Origin: a virus
Taxonomy: Duplodnaviria; Caudoviricetes
Virus record (IMG/VR): IMGVR_UViG_3300030376_006242
Strand: one strand, 5' to 3'
DNA length: 64,000 bases
This document shows, one piece after another, positions 10,801 to 18,860 of the stretch (positions are counted from its first letter, which is position 1; each line of letters opens with the position of its first letter). The position numbers and the translations under genes are program-made. The notes below the pieces were generated by a model. The model saw nothing but the letters and a program-made list of their open reading frames with translations. It had not been told where the DNA came from and searched no databases.

Positions 10801-11895
10801 GGATATCTATTCAACTACTCAGGTCAAGGATTACAACTATCAACAATTAGACAAACTGTATTCTTAATGAGATTGGCTCCTTCAGTATCCAATGCCTTAA
10901 CAGGTGATTTGGGAGATAGAGATCTACTTAACAGAGCCCAGTTGCTACTAGACGGTATTGAGATTACAACAGAACCAGTTGCGGCAGGACAAACACAAGG
11001 TCAGTTAGTTGTACAAGGAATTATTAATCCACAAAACTATCCAATTGATCCAGCAGACATAGGTTGGACAGGACTACAAGGTACAGCACAAGGTGGTCAA
11101 CCAAGTTTCGCTCAGATTGCTCCGGGTGGTTCAGTTAACTGGAACGGTGGTGCATCAATCACAACTCAAACAGCAGATACTCAAGCAGAAATGACATCTT
11201 CATCCAATCACTGGTTTAACTTGAGTGGTAACAGAAACTATGCATACTTCCTTGAAGCACAATGGGAAGGCAAAGGTCACACAGTTGGTATGAAAGTAAC
11301 CTCAGGTCAATTCCCTGCCAACACAGTGGTTACACAGATTAGTGATAATGGTTCTTACTACTTTGTAAGATTTTCAAACAGACACTCAGGTATATCAGGT
11401 GGACAAGCAGTTGACTTCGCATTTGGTGGTGACTTTACTGGTACTAACTACTTGTTCTTTGATCCAACAACATGGGAAGCCTCAGGCGCAGTGGCAGGTA
11501 CTGAAGTAGATACAGCAACATCAACAGAATTTCCATCAGGTACAACAGTACAAAGTGTACAAGCAAAAGCAACATTTGGTTCAACAGAATACTATAGAGT
11601 TGACTTTAACCAAACATTTAACGGAACGATTTCGGCGGCAAGTAGCATATCATTCCAATTTGGTCAACCACCTTACGCACAACCAGGTGAAACAATTTTC
11701 TCTTTCATTGCCCAACCGGGAGAAAGAGCAACACTTGCCTTAGACAAGATCAAAGCCTTAACTAACACAACACTAGGTGGACGTGGTACGTTCCCTAATG
11801 GTCCAGACGTGTTAGCAATCAACGTATTTAGAACTGCTGGCTCAGGTGATGTAGCCGGCACAGTTACACTGCGTTGGTCAGAAGCACAGGCTTAA
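4861..11895 (+). CDS. Very large (2344 aa) Gly/Ser/Thr-rich virion protein (tail fibre/baseplate)
   Basis: Eight GxxLGGxTPAND-type repeats, several T-x-x-x-H-(N/G)-(L/F)-x-x-G beta-domains and two N-terminal DxRYGGN repeats. Confidence 0.75.
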   Translation: MAKKRINTYKFTPGIPQSGNLYPNAWAQINANKEWLKDESNAYIDYKITEDTAADLFPSASLRYLNNREYVKAEVAAWVAAQVAGNISPFAGYTKTATQIKNDVEKVINAAYLDMRYGGNENVRTVSQSYYVDGVLQLAAAGEPELAYWNKAKQIIDLYIFTGLAYGTINVEGISQNTSGSNGEAGGKTNFAANMAVIDNVVDNGILNLPALVSSAYVFANFTYEPYLCERDMGYNIDGLLTDLRYGGNEQSRYNASTYWVGTVSVLTGDRQPELAVKNEIRNIINNYVIPGIAFTSKQSPVVTQQTILGTPGEAGATSRITALVGIITDVITNGLDNLPTQINNGISSVKIPERVELSELLLITNTTSNNVLYTFNDPAKGATATYRREYTDDTSNPTPFVDPDFPKAFHGNDTITTIFLNADTSTDNALDQLQIFVEDDEIRTRPYDFGTDAIERMRVAQPESMLDADFEYGLQPTKWQAIATQRGYPSIYEVPGTDFDISSVTSDASAGTQGIGSSLITVTTIGPHNFEAGQPFTITGFDNSVAGASRAAGSFVVNTVPTTTSFTYYGKAKVGTVNPTTISTNFTQLREGDFYTGAAIGFPSFSVASNGSSGNFVTSLATLSGSTILPYTGVQPEIGAPLTGTGIQTGTQITAVNGSGGALASPTVTGDYSAGATEITVADSAGIIQNSVIDRGDGFAVTIINVAGNQLTLSAPLNQDLIGDITQYTNLAGVNYTPAGQLARFDVFRVGGAYSVSIVTNGQVGSGQDYAVGDAIIVSGTDLGGATPANDATILVESVDTGGEILTASVSGTAFTGTGTASAVQTVFQGGVGTGAQINVTKNAGSYTVALNAPSYTNVTLGTFPGTNGNGGIFDVAVDSGVYTVTIDTAGTGYIENDVVRIAGSVFGGTGANDLDIRVTSVGGSGEIQTINAAGTAPDQTVQYVSPTYTTASAGGVTASFTVTRTGTSYSAVVTTIGTGYSASDQLVFAGTQLGGATTANDMTLTVDSVDGNGGILTFSVAGTSVNTQSYPGLTSGSNVTGQNGTFDVAISGTSYTVTLNNAGDDYGVGQTLTIPGTSLGGATPANDVSIVVDSVAGTGASAIATFTATGTAALDGTSAYKVGDQFFVSGTDLGAATPTNDAYVTVSTVNGNGGITGLSINGTGTDANVDYASPTYTTSASGTAAVFSVNRTGAVYSATFSNNGSGFVAAETIDIAGTELGGLSPANDCQITVDTVSAGAVATYTVTGTAVNTQTFTNVNKSARTPSGLTLDVTLNAGAYTIAINNPGSDYAPDQEFKVLGTNLFGSSPANDMTFTVTGIDAVATGVVTVVSAASGTANTGTGNALNVAGTNRVPQGVGAQFSVTRTNATDSSTDYTEVTVVQEGSNYEIGDKLTISGSSLGGSTPANDIVVRIQSVSSFGGVVSNTHSGTAIGGTGLSVYSSVTISDPTSQAIPLSSTISYSALATIRVDFTTPHGLVPGNAFLVVIISDDGANNHILASGPFLATAIPSPTSLTYQVRSPGAITDAGWQGSIYGRPDSFFIHRPFDGGVQLGTGGPAHGAQAIRQSKKYIRYQSGKGCMYTTGALFAPSYDILNITSDGIDAGSTITVTTDDVDHNLQVGAVIRLVGVATSGYDGEYTITSVINERSFTVIAQISLGGTTPEFTDQPQVSLYKWNGATVRSGIFDDQNGIFWEYDGQNTNAVQRTATRQLAGTVTVTPNSNNVTGVGTRFREQIKAGDRVVIRGMTHVVSSVTDNTTMSITPDYRGVNVSAGVKMCAVVDKKAKQSEFNKDKLDGTGPSGYKWDVSKMQMIGIQFSWYGAGFIDWMTRGQKGNFIFVHRMRNSNVNTEAFMRTGNQPVRYEVTNEGPGGRLIENIDDTQTTITLEDASFFPSTGGTVYIDNEVITFTGITGDTLTGCTRAAQLTNFAAGATRNYSAGTAAAHFRNTGVVLISNTASPIISHWGSAYLTDGNFDEDRGYLFNYSGQGLQLSTIRQTVFLMRLAPSVSNALTGDLGDRDLLNRAQLLLDGIEITTEPVAAGQTQGQLVVQGIINPQNYPIDPADIGWTGLQGTAQGGQPSFAQIAPGGSVNWNGGASITTQTADTQAEMTSSSNHWFNLSGNRNYAYFLEAQWEGKGHTVGMKVTSGQFPANTVVTQISDNGSYYFVRFSNRHSGISGGQAVDFAFGGDFTGTNYLFFDPTTWEASGAVAGTEVDTATSTEFPSGTTVQSVQAKATFGSTEYYRVDFNQTFNGTISAASSISFQFGQPPYAQPGETIFSFIAQPGERATLALDKIKALTNTTLGGRGTFPNGPDVLAINVFRTAGSGDVAGTVTLRWSEAQA
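7150..9170 (+). repeat. Eight degenerate protein-level repeats (consensus G-x-x-Y-x-x-G-D-x-h-x-h-x-G-T-x-L-G-G-x-T-P-A-N-D) within the 2344-aa protein; boundaries approximate
   Basis: GTDLGGATPAND, GSVFGGTGAND, GTQLGGATTAND, GTSLGGATPAND, GTDLGAATPTND, GTELGGLSPAND, GTNLFGSSPAND, GSSLGGSTPAND. Confidence 0.85.
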
Positions 11896-12023
11896 TGGAT
11901 CAACTCATCAAATTTATATGTCCGCAATGTGGCTGTGAACAGCACTGTAAATCTTCATGCTCAGAATGTCAGGATTGTCCAGATTGTATGTGTGAGGAAT
12001 GTGTTCCTACAAAATCTAAATAA
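11895..12023 (+). CDS. Small Cys-rich metallothionein-like peptide (42 aa, not in the ORF track)
   Basis: Manual translation MDQLIKFICPQCGCEQHCKSSCSECQDCPDCMCEECVPTKSK (10 Cys, 1 His). The start overlaps the upstream stop (TAATG) and the ORF exactly fills the gap to the convergent gene. Confidence 0.75.
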   Translation: MDQLIKFICPQCGCEQHCKSSCSECQDCPDCMCEECVPTKSK

Positions 12024-12392
12024 TTATTTTTTTTGAGAATCTCCAGGAATGACTCTGTAATTGTCTTCTGGATCGTCAGCGGTGCTTACTTCTGTGATAC
12101 TTCCTCTATCAGTTAAACATTGTACTTGATGAGGCATTAAAGGTAAATTTCTCCAAGTTTCACCTTCTTTTATTTCTTTTGTTAAAAGTGTTGCTGTTTT
12201 AGTATCTATCCAACTTAAAAGGAATCTGCCTTCATTTACAAACCATGATTCATCTTTTGTTTTATGAAAGTGCATTGAAAATTTTGCACCTTTGCGTTCA
12301 AATACCATTATTTTTCCACAGTACTTGTCGTTGGAGGCCCATATTAATTCATAACCCCAACCTTTATCTACTTTTCCTTCTTTATTGATCAT
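12024..12392 (-). CDS. Cupin-fold protein (sugar isomerase-like)
   Basis: KGWGYELIW, SMHFHKTKDESW, PHQV and EVST cupin motifs. Confidence 0.75.
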   Translation of the reverse strand: MINKEGKVDKGWGYELIWASNDKYCGKIMVFERKGAKFSMHFHKTKDESWFVNEGRFLLSWIDTKTATLLTKEIKEGETWRNLPLMPHQVQCLTDRGSITEVSTADDPEDNYRVIPGDSQKK

Positions 12393-13200
12393 TTAAATAT
12401 TGCTCAACTGTTTTATAATTTATTGTAACATTTTTATTTAATTCTGTCAAATCTGCACAGGTGTAAGACTGGTATTGTCCTTTCAATGCTTGTGGCATTG
12501 GAATAGTTTCTATTTTGGCATTGTATTTTTTGGCTACAGACTCTGCTACTGATTGAAATGATGTTGCTTTGCCTGTTCCTATGTTAAAAATACCGCTTGT
12601 ATCTTTTCCAAGCATTTGACAATGTACGTTACAAATATCATCTACACATACAAAATCTCTTAAAAACTTGTCACTGTTTTCAAATACTTTAATTACTCCT
12701 GTATCTTTTGCTTGTTTAGAAAACTTTGTTACTGGAGATGCTTGGTCTCCTTTATGTTCTTCATTATTGCCATAAACATTAAAATATCTAAAACCTTGTA
12801 CTAAAATTTTAAATTCTCCCATTGCTTGTTGAACAAATCTGTCAAACAGATACTTGCTCCAAGCATATGGTGATTGTGGATACACTGGACCACTTTCAAC
12901 AAAACTGTTTGTGTTTCCATACACACTAGCAGAACTAGAATATTGAAAATTTACACCCATTGTATCACACATTTGTAATAATTTTAAACTGTATTCGTAA
13001 TTTTGATTCATTATTAATTCTACATTTCTTTCTGTTGTAGAACTAATAGCACCTAGATGTATAACCCAATCATACAAACTAGGATCAGGAAAACTATTTT
13101 CAGTATATTCAAATTCAGTTACATCATGGTTTTGATCTCTTAAATGTTTAATTAAATTTTTTCCTATAAAACCAGCAGATCCTGTTACAACAATTCTCAT
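12382..13200 (-). CDS. hldD: ADP-L-glycero-D-manno-heptose 6-epimerase
   Basis: VTGSAGFIG, HLGAISSTTE, YSSSASVYG, YAWSK, FRYFNVYG, EEHKGDQAS, RDFVCVDD and YQSYTCADL; start placed at MRIVVTG. Confidence 0.9.
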   Translation of the reverse strand: MRIVVTGSAGFIGKNLIKHLRDQNHDVTEFEYTENSFPDPSLYDWVIHLGAISSTTERNVELIMNQNYEYSLKLLQMCDTMGVNFQYSSSASVYGNTNSFVESGPVYPQSPYAWSKYLFDRFVQQAMGEFKILVQGFRYFNVYGNNEEHKGDQASPVTKFSKQAKDTGVIKVFENSDKFLRDFVCVDDICNVHCQMLGKDTSGIFNIGTGKATSFQSVAESVAKKYNAKIETIPMPQALKGQYQSYTCADLTELNKNVTINYKTVEQYLNDQ

Positions 13201-13799
13201 ACATGACTCCATAGTTTTACAATTTCTTCTGAATTTTTTGGAGCAATATCTTTTACAAGTTGGTCAGAATGATGTGTAACATAATTGATGTTTATATTCA
13301 CTCTAGACCTTGCGTTACTACAAGTACTTCCAGTATGTTCCATATAACTTGGAAATATAACCATTGAGTTTGCTTCGCTTACAATTTTATCTCCATCTTT
13401 AAATTCTGTATAGCCATTATTTGTATTACAATAAAAAATTGCTGTATAACTTAATGGCACACTTACATCACAATGCATACCGTGAGTAATAATTTTATCT
13501 TGTCCAGGAATATTGTTTGCTTTTACACGTAAAAAAGTATGAGGCTGTAACACAGCAAATATAGGTATTAACATATTCCATAGTTCTGGTCCTGTCACAA
13601 TATTACTAACTTCATGAAATTTGTGTACAAATTGAATTTGATATTTTTCTTCTGTGCTAGATTGTTCCGGATTAACCACATGGTCTTGATAAAACCAAGG
13701 AAATTTATCACTCAAAATAATATCTGTTAGTTGTTTAAAATGTTCATCAGATAAAACATTCTTTATAATAATTTTATTATTTTTTATTTCTTTGTTCAT
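13197..13799 (-). CDS. 2OG-Fe(II) oxygenase
   Basis: HCD (HxD), AIFYCNTNNGYT, MVIFPSYMEH and RVNININY. Confidence 0.8.
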   Translation of the reverse strand: MNKEIKNNKIIIKNVLSDEHFKQLTDIILSDKFPWFYQDHVVNPEQSSTEEKYQIQFVHKFHEVSNIVTGPELWNMLIPIFAVLQPHTFLRVKANNIPGQDKIITHGMHCDVSVPLSYTAIFYCNTNNGYTEFKDGDKIVSEANSMVIFPSYMEHTGSTCSNARSRVNININYVTHHSDQLVKDIAPKNSEEIVKLWSHV

Positions 13800-15036
13800 T
13801 TACTTTGTCCACTATATTAGATGTTGAAAAACCTTTCACTGTTGGAAATATTCTTACATCTGCTAATTCATTGCCTACTGTTGTTTCAACAGTATAATCT
13901 CCACCTTTTACTATTACGTTTGGTTGGTGTTCTTTAATTGCTTCAATAGGCGTGTCTTCTTCAAACACAACAACTTCATCTACCCATGGAAGTTCTAATA
14001 GTTGTTGCTTTCTTAAAATAGTATTATTCAATGGACGACCTTCTCCTTTTAATCTTTTGACACTTTCGTCTGAATTAATGCCAACAATTAATTTATCGCC
14101 CTGACTTTTTGAAAATTTTAATAATTCTAAATGTCCTTGATGTAATATATCAAAAACACCATTGGTCCAAACCACTGTATCTTCTATATCTGATAATTGT
14201 ACAACAGTTACTCCTCTGTGTTGAACAACAGCACTAGCACCTTTTAATGCTAATGTACAAGCATCAATCATATTTGTTCCCTGCTCAACATACTTTACAA
14301 TTATTGCTAGAACAGTGTCACCTGCACCACTGACATCTGCTAATTCAACAGCATCACCCGTGATGTGTTTATAAGTATTTTCACCAACAACATGAATACC
14401 ATTACCACCGTCAGTTATTACAAGCCACTCCCAAGCAAATTCTTTTCTAAATTGATCCGCATTTTCTTTTGTGAATTCACCAAACCATTGTTCATACTCT
14501 TTCATATTAGGTTTCACAAGATATGCACCTTTATAATTTGTAGGTTGTTGTTTCGGGTCAACATAAACTCTTTTTACAGAAGACACAATATCTTTGACTA
14601 AAGAATTATTAACAACTCCTTTATCGTAATCACTTATCAATACAATATCGTCTTTTTGTAAATTTTTAATTAAATTTTTGGTAGGTTCAGCATCAGTATA
14701 TTTGTCTTCCTTATCAAGTCTTAATAGGTGTTGACCATCACTACCAATCATTCTAGTCTTCACTGTGCTTGTTTTGGCATCGCTACTGATGAATGTTTTA
14801 ATGTTATTTTTCAACAATATTTCCTGTATTTTATGCCCTGGGGCATCGTTGCCCACCGAACTATAAAGATGCGTGTCTACGCCCAAGTTTGACAGGTTTA
14901 AAGCGAGATTTCCTGCCCCTCCTACGTTGTAATTACGTTTGCTTTCCTTAAGAACAAGTGCTGATGCTTCTGGAGATACTTTGGTACAATTCCCTTGTAC
15001 CCAGACATCCAACATAACATCGCCGATTATTTTCAT
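13777..15036 (-). CDS. hldE: Bifunctional heptose-7-phosphate kinase / heptose-1-phosphate adenylyltransferase
   Basis: PfkB-type GDVMLD, SPEA, GGAGN, SDYDKG, VDPK, KPNMKE and DVSGAGDT, fused to TNGVFDILHQGH, GINSDESVKRLKG and KGGDY. Confidence 0.93.
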   Translation of the reverse strand: MKIIGDVMLDVWVQGNCTKVSPEASALVLKESKRNYNVGGAGNLALNLSNLGVDTHLYSSVGNDAPGHKIQEILLKNNIKTFISSDAKTSTVKTRMIGSDGQHLLRLDKEDKYTDAEPTKNLIKNLQKDDIVLISDYDKGVVNNSLVKDIVSSVKRVYVDPKQQPTNYKGAYLVKPNMKEYEQWFGEFTKENADQFRKEFAWEWLVITDGGNGIHVVGENTYKHITGDAVELADVSGAGDTVLAIIVKYVEQGTNMIDACTLALKGASAVVQHRGVTVVQLSDIEDTVVWTNGVFDILHQGHLELLKFSKSQGDKLIVGINSDESVKRLKGEGRPLNNTILRKQQLLELPWVDEVVVFEEDTPIEAIKEHQPNVIVKGGDYTVETTVGNELADVRIFPTVKGFSTSNIVDKVNEQRNKK

Positions 15037-15467
15037 TTGATTAATTTTAACATCTTAAACACAGTGTCTAATTTAATTTGATTTGTTTTATTTTGAAAAG
15101 TCTTACGTAGACCTTGGTGTAATGGTTTGGGCCAATTGCCAAAACTTACCCAAGCATATCCATCGTGTTCTGTGTTTAATGAAGGAATAAATTCTTTTTC
15201 AACAACACACAAATAAGTGTGGTACAAAAAATTTTCATCATTACTGATGAACGTTTCCATTGGAATAGTTTTTTTAACTTTTTGTTCGCCTATTTCTTCT
15301 TTAATTTCTCTTTGTAGACCTTCCCACAAATTTTTATCTGTTGTGGTTGTACCACCTACTAGTCCCCAAACATTATTTTGTTTGCTTTGAGTTCTGTGTA
15401 GTAACAAAAATCTTTTGGTATCTAATGTGTAGAAGAGTGCTCCACACCCTACAATTTTACTGTTCAT
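15033..15467 (-). CDS. NUDIX hydrolase
   Basis: WGLVGG...EGLQREIKEEIG Nudix box, EHDGYAW; start placed at MNSKIV. Confidence 0.85.
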   Translation of the reverse strand: MNSKIVGCGALFYTLDTKRFLLLHRTQSKQNNVWGLVGGTTTTDKNLWEGLQREIKEEIGEQKVKKTIPMETFISNDENFLYHTYLCVVEKEFIPSLNTEHDGYAWVSFGNWPKPLHQGLRKTFQNKTNQIKLDTVFKMLKLIK

Positions 15468-15483
15468 GTAAGTAATTATATGA

Positions 15484-16893
15484 CTACTGGATCTTCCAAG
15501 TGCCTTTTCGATATTCACCTTCGAAAGACAATAACCATTCACTACCATTCCATTTGTATTGTACGCCTGTGTTTAAATTGGTAACGTGAGTGGTATTCGT
15601 TGTTGTGCTGGCATCAAAAATAACTTCCCAATTGGTACCGTTCCATTCTATGATGTCATTAGCACCAGCAACTAAATCTATATTGCTGTCACCTTTCCAA
15701 GCATCAGCACCATCTTCATTATCTGTTGAGCCAATACCTTTTAACAACAATAATCTTTTTCCATTCTGTTTAACTGTTGTTGGATCAAATTTTGTAGGGT
15801 CTACAATAAAATCAACTGAACCACTTGTAGTGATTGGTCCAACAATTACAGTGTCAGTTGGAATTGTGTCTTCATCCCAATCAATTAATAATTGATATGG
15901 GTTTGCTTCGTTTACTGCTACTGTACCAACTACTTGAGCATCAATGCCTTCTCTATTCAAATAAATTTTGCTCAATCCATTTTTAAAATTAGGTATTGTT
16001 AATACATTGCCTGTCCATACTTCGCCACCTATTACACCTTTAACAATAATTTGAGCAACACTATTCAATACATAGATGTCTACATTAATGCCTGTTGTTC
16101 CTTGTACTGAGTCTGTATCTTTTCTTATTGCTCTTCCTTTGTCATCTAATTTGATACTGTTTTCATATCCATCTTGGTATGCTTTTAGTTCAGGCATAGT
16201 TTGGCTTAAATCTATATTTCCAGTTTGTTCATTGAATATACTTGTTATAATGTGTGTGATTACTCCTAATTTTTTTACTTTTGTTGGCGGAGAAATGTAT
16301 ATAGGTGTTGTAAAACCTAAAGTCGCAACATCGACTTCTGTTTCCGTTCCTAATGGAATCGTTCTAGACGAAAAATTAATATTAGATAATTCTACTACAC
16401 TTAAACTTGTCCAGTCAACGTAGTTGTCTGTGGTTTGTATTTCTAGAGATGGATTAAACAACATCATTATTTGTTCCATTACTTGTAATTTTTGTTCTGT
16501 GTTTGATGTCCAAATATCAGCATTCAATGTTAATGTGTATGGTGTTGGCATTAATCTTTCAACTGTAACATTTTTACCTTGTGTATTCAAATATTCATTA
16601 TTGTTGGCATCATATGCTCTTTCTCTAACATGGACTTTACTAATGAAACTAGAATCTGCTAAACGAGTTCTGTCCATTTCTAAACCGGTAACATACACAC
16701 CCATTCTAGGCACAGACGGTAATTTATTTTCTGAATTATCTCTTATAATGTGTGATACTTGTCTTGTAATATCTCCATACATTACCGGAATAGTTCTTAA
16801 AGAACCATCTCCATCTTTGTATGAAAAATTACTCATCAGTCTAATTATTTGAGTAATATATCTTCTAATCTGTCCGTCGTAAAAAAATTGCAT
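15484..16893 (-). CDS. Tail sheath stabiliser / tail completion protein (T4 gp15-like) with C-terminal extension
   Basis: FFYDGQIRRY, IPVMYG, PRM, PTPYTLTLNADIW and QVMEQIMMLFNPS, as in gp15-like proteins. Confidence 0.7.
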   Translation of the reverse strand: MQFFYDGQIRRYITQIIRLMSNFSYKDGDGSLRTIPVMYGDITRQVSHIIRDNSENKLPSVPRMGVYVTGLEMDRTRLADSSFISKVHVRERAYDANNNEYLNTQGKNVTVERLMPTPYTLTLNADIWTSNTEQKLQVMEQIMMLFNPSLEIQTTDNYVDWTSLSVVELSNINFSSRTIPLGTETEVDVATLGFTTPIYISPPTKVKKLGVITHIITSIFNEQTGNIDLSQTMPELKAYQDGYENSIKLDDKGRAIRKDTDSVQGTTGINVDIYVLNSVAQIIVKGVIGGEVWTGNVLTIPNFKNGLSKIYLNREGIDAQVVGTVAVNEANPYQLLIDWDEDTIPTDTVIVGPITTSGSVDFIVDPTKFDPTTVKQNGKRLLLLKGIGSTDNEDGADAWKGDSNIDLVAGANDIIEWNGTNWEVIFDASTTTNTTHVTNLNTGVQYKWNGSEWLLSFEGEYRKGTWKIQ

Positions 16894-18050
16894 TAATTAT
16901 CTGCCTTTGGTCTGAGTGCTTTTGATAAACTTTGTCTTTCAGTTACTGATTCGCCAGCAATCGTTGATGTTTTAGTGTTATTAATAAATGTACCTTTTTG
17001 TGTACTTCTTGTATCAGTATTAGTTAGTGTCATACGTATGTTATCTTCCATTTTTACCCAACGTCCGCCATCAAATCTAAACAATCTATTTGGCAAAAAG
17101 TCAGTACGTAAAAAATAATCACCTTTGTCTGAAGCAGTTGGAAAACTAATACCAAATCCAAACTGTTCACCATTAGGTGCTATGCCATCACCAAGAATAT
17201 AACCATCATAACCTTCTTTACTAGGTGTTTGATTTACTCTATCGGCTAATGTGTTTTGTGTAGTTGTGTCTAATTGGCTTGTATCTGTTGTAACAAGTTC
17301 AGGTTTTCCTTGATCATCCACTTGTAGTGTATAAAAATGTGCTATGTCATATCCTGATTTAGGTGAATCTGCTTCTGCTTGTTGAACAACAGCATTATTG
17401 ATCTGCATTTCTTTTTCATAAGTTGAGAGCACATCTCTTAATGTTTTGCCATCGCCTGCTCCAGCATCTTTGTTTAGTATTTCTTTGAATTCTTGTGAGT
17501 CGTAAATTTGTTTTAACTTAACTCTGTATAAGTGAGGATACCAAGTTTGTGAAAAACCTTCTGCCGCTCTGTTGACGTCTTCAACCACATAAAATCTTTT
17601 CAGTGCTACACTAAAATCGTTCAGTGCGTATTCATCTTTTAAATGAGGTAATTCAAATACATCACCTGGCATAACTTTTCTACCCAAAGTTTTAACACTC
17701 GAAGTGATGGGTATTGTCATGAACAATGTGTCATTTTGTAAGAACAATCCAAATTGACTCATATCAAAGTCAATATCTTGAACGTTGTATATTCCTCTTA
17801 TGCTGTACACATCAGAACTGTATTTTCTATCCCTGTTTTCCAGGAACAACATATCTTGTATGTTGGTTTCTTTTACAGCATCATATCTAGGCTGTGTAGG
17901 AGTAGCATCTGCTTCTTCCGTATTCTTAGGTCCCAAGTATTTGTGTACAAATACGTCGGTTCCGCCCACAGTGAACATTTCAACCACTGTTTTGTCTAAG
18001 AATGTGTAATCGTTCCCTTTTTCTGGTTTATAAAGACTTAATCTAGGCAT
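16893..18050 (-). CDS. Neck / head-closure protein (T4 gp14-like)
   Basis: GGTDVFVHKY, LFLENRDRKY, SQFGLF and MPGDVFELPHL; adjacent to gp13- and gp15-like genes; start placed at MPRLSLYK. Confidence 0.6.
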   Translation of the reverse strand: MPRLSLYKPEKGNDYTFLDKTVVEMFTVGGTDVFVHKYLGPKNTEEADATPTQPRYDAVKETNIQDMLFLENRDRKYSSDVYSIRGIYNVQDIDFDMSQFGLFLQNDTLFMTIPITSSVKTLGRKVMPGDVFELPHLKDEYALNDFSVALKRFYVVEDVNRAAEGFSQTWYPHLYRVKLKQIYDSQEFKEILNKDAGAGDGKTLRDVLSTYEKEMQINNAVVQQAEADSPKSGYDIAHFYTLQVDDQGKPELVTTDTSQLDTTTQNTLADRVNQTPSKEGYDGYILGDGIAPNGEQFGFGISFPTASDKGDYFLRTDFLPNRLFRFDGGRWVKMEDNIRMTLTNTDTRSTQKGTFINNTKTSTIAGESVTERQSLSKALRPKADN

Positions 18051-18056
18051 ATACAT

Positions 18057-18078
18057 ATATTTATCGGACGATAAATAT
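18057..18078. promoter_or_regulatory. Back-to-back divergent late-type promoters forming a palindrome
   Basis: ATATTTATCG-GA-CGATAAATAT is a perfect 10-bp inverted repeat with TAAATA on each strand, between divergent neck genes. Confidence 0.7.
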
Positions 18079-18094
18079 GTATAAGGAAAACTGT

Positions 18095-18853
18095 ATGAGC
18101 GATTTGACCACACAAAAACAAGAAGTATTTGACTATGTACACGCCAGCCTAGGTGGTGGTATGGTTGATGTAGAATTAGACCCAGTACACTACGAAACAG
18201 CACTTAAAGATGCATTAGACAGATTTAGACAAAGATCAGACAATTCTGTGGAAGAAAGTTATATGTTTTTACCACTAGTATTGGATCAAAACGACTATAT
18301 CCTTCCTAATGAAGTGATAGAAGTAAGACAAATTTATAGAAGATCCATTGGTTCAAGATCCGGTGGTGGAGATGGTGGTACATTGTTCGAACCATTCAAT
18401 TTAGCATACACAAACACTTACCTATTAGCAAGTTCTAATATGGGTGGTGTAGCAACTTATAATATGTTTGCTCAATATCAAGAATTAGTAGGAAGAATGT
18501 TTGGTTCATTTATTGAATTCAAATGGAACACAACCACTAAAAAATTAACAATACTTCAAAGACCTAGACAAGGTGAAGAAGTATTATTAGAATGTTACAA
18601 TTACAGACCAGATTCAGAATTGCTGAAAGATTATTTGGCACAAAAATGGTTAAGAGATTACACTTTGGCAAAATGTAAGTATATGCTAGGTGAAGCAAGA
18701 AGCAAATTCAATACAATAGCAGGTCCACAAGGAGGTACATCATTAAATGGTGATGCTCTAAAACAAGAAGCACAGGCTGAAATGGAACGACTAGAAATAG
18801 AAGTCAAAACACAAACTGGTGGTGGACAAGGTTATTCTTTCGCAATTGGTTAA
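18095..18853 (+). CDS. Neck protein (T4 gp13-like head-tail adaptor)
   Basis: LGGGMVDVELD and WLRDYTLAKCKYMLGEARSKF...GPQGGTSLNG, typical of gp13 homologues; AAGGA SD before the ATG at 18095. Confidence 0.8.
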   Translation: MSDLTTQKQEVFDYVHASLGGGMVDVELDPVHYETALKDALDRFRQRSDNSVEESYMFLPLVLDQNDYILPNEVIEVRQIYRRSIGSRSGGGDGGTLFEPFNLAYTNTYLLASSNMGGVATYNMFAQYQELVGRMFGSFIEFKWNTTTKKLTILQRPRQGEEVLLECYNYRPDSELLKDYLAQKWLRDYTLAKCKYMLGEARSKFNTIAGPQGGTSLNGDALKQEAQAEMERLEIEVKTQTGGGQGYSFAIG

Positions 18854-18860
18854 TTCATAG

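Noticed and set aside
16893-18203. ORF-track starts that extend genes upstream (18203, 15548, 13212, 27725, 44234, 59548 and others)
   Set aside because: They overlap neighbouring genes or promoters; downstream ATGs fit the promoter/SD positions and family N-termini better.
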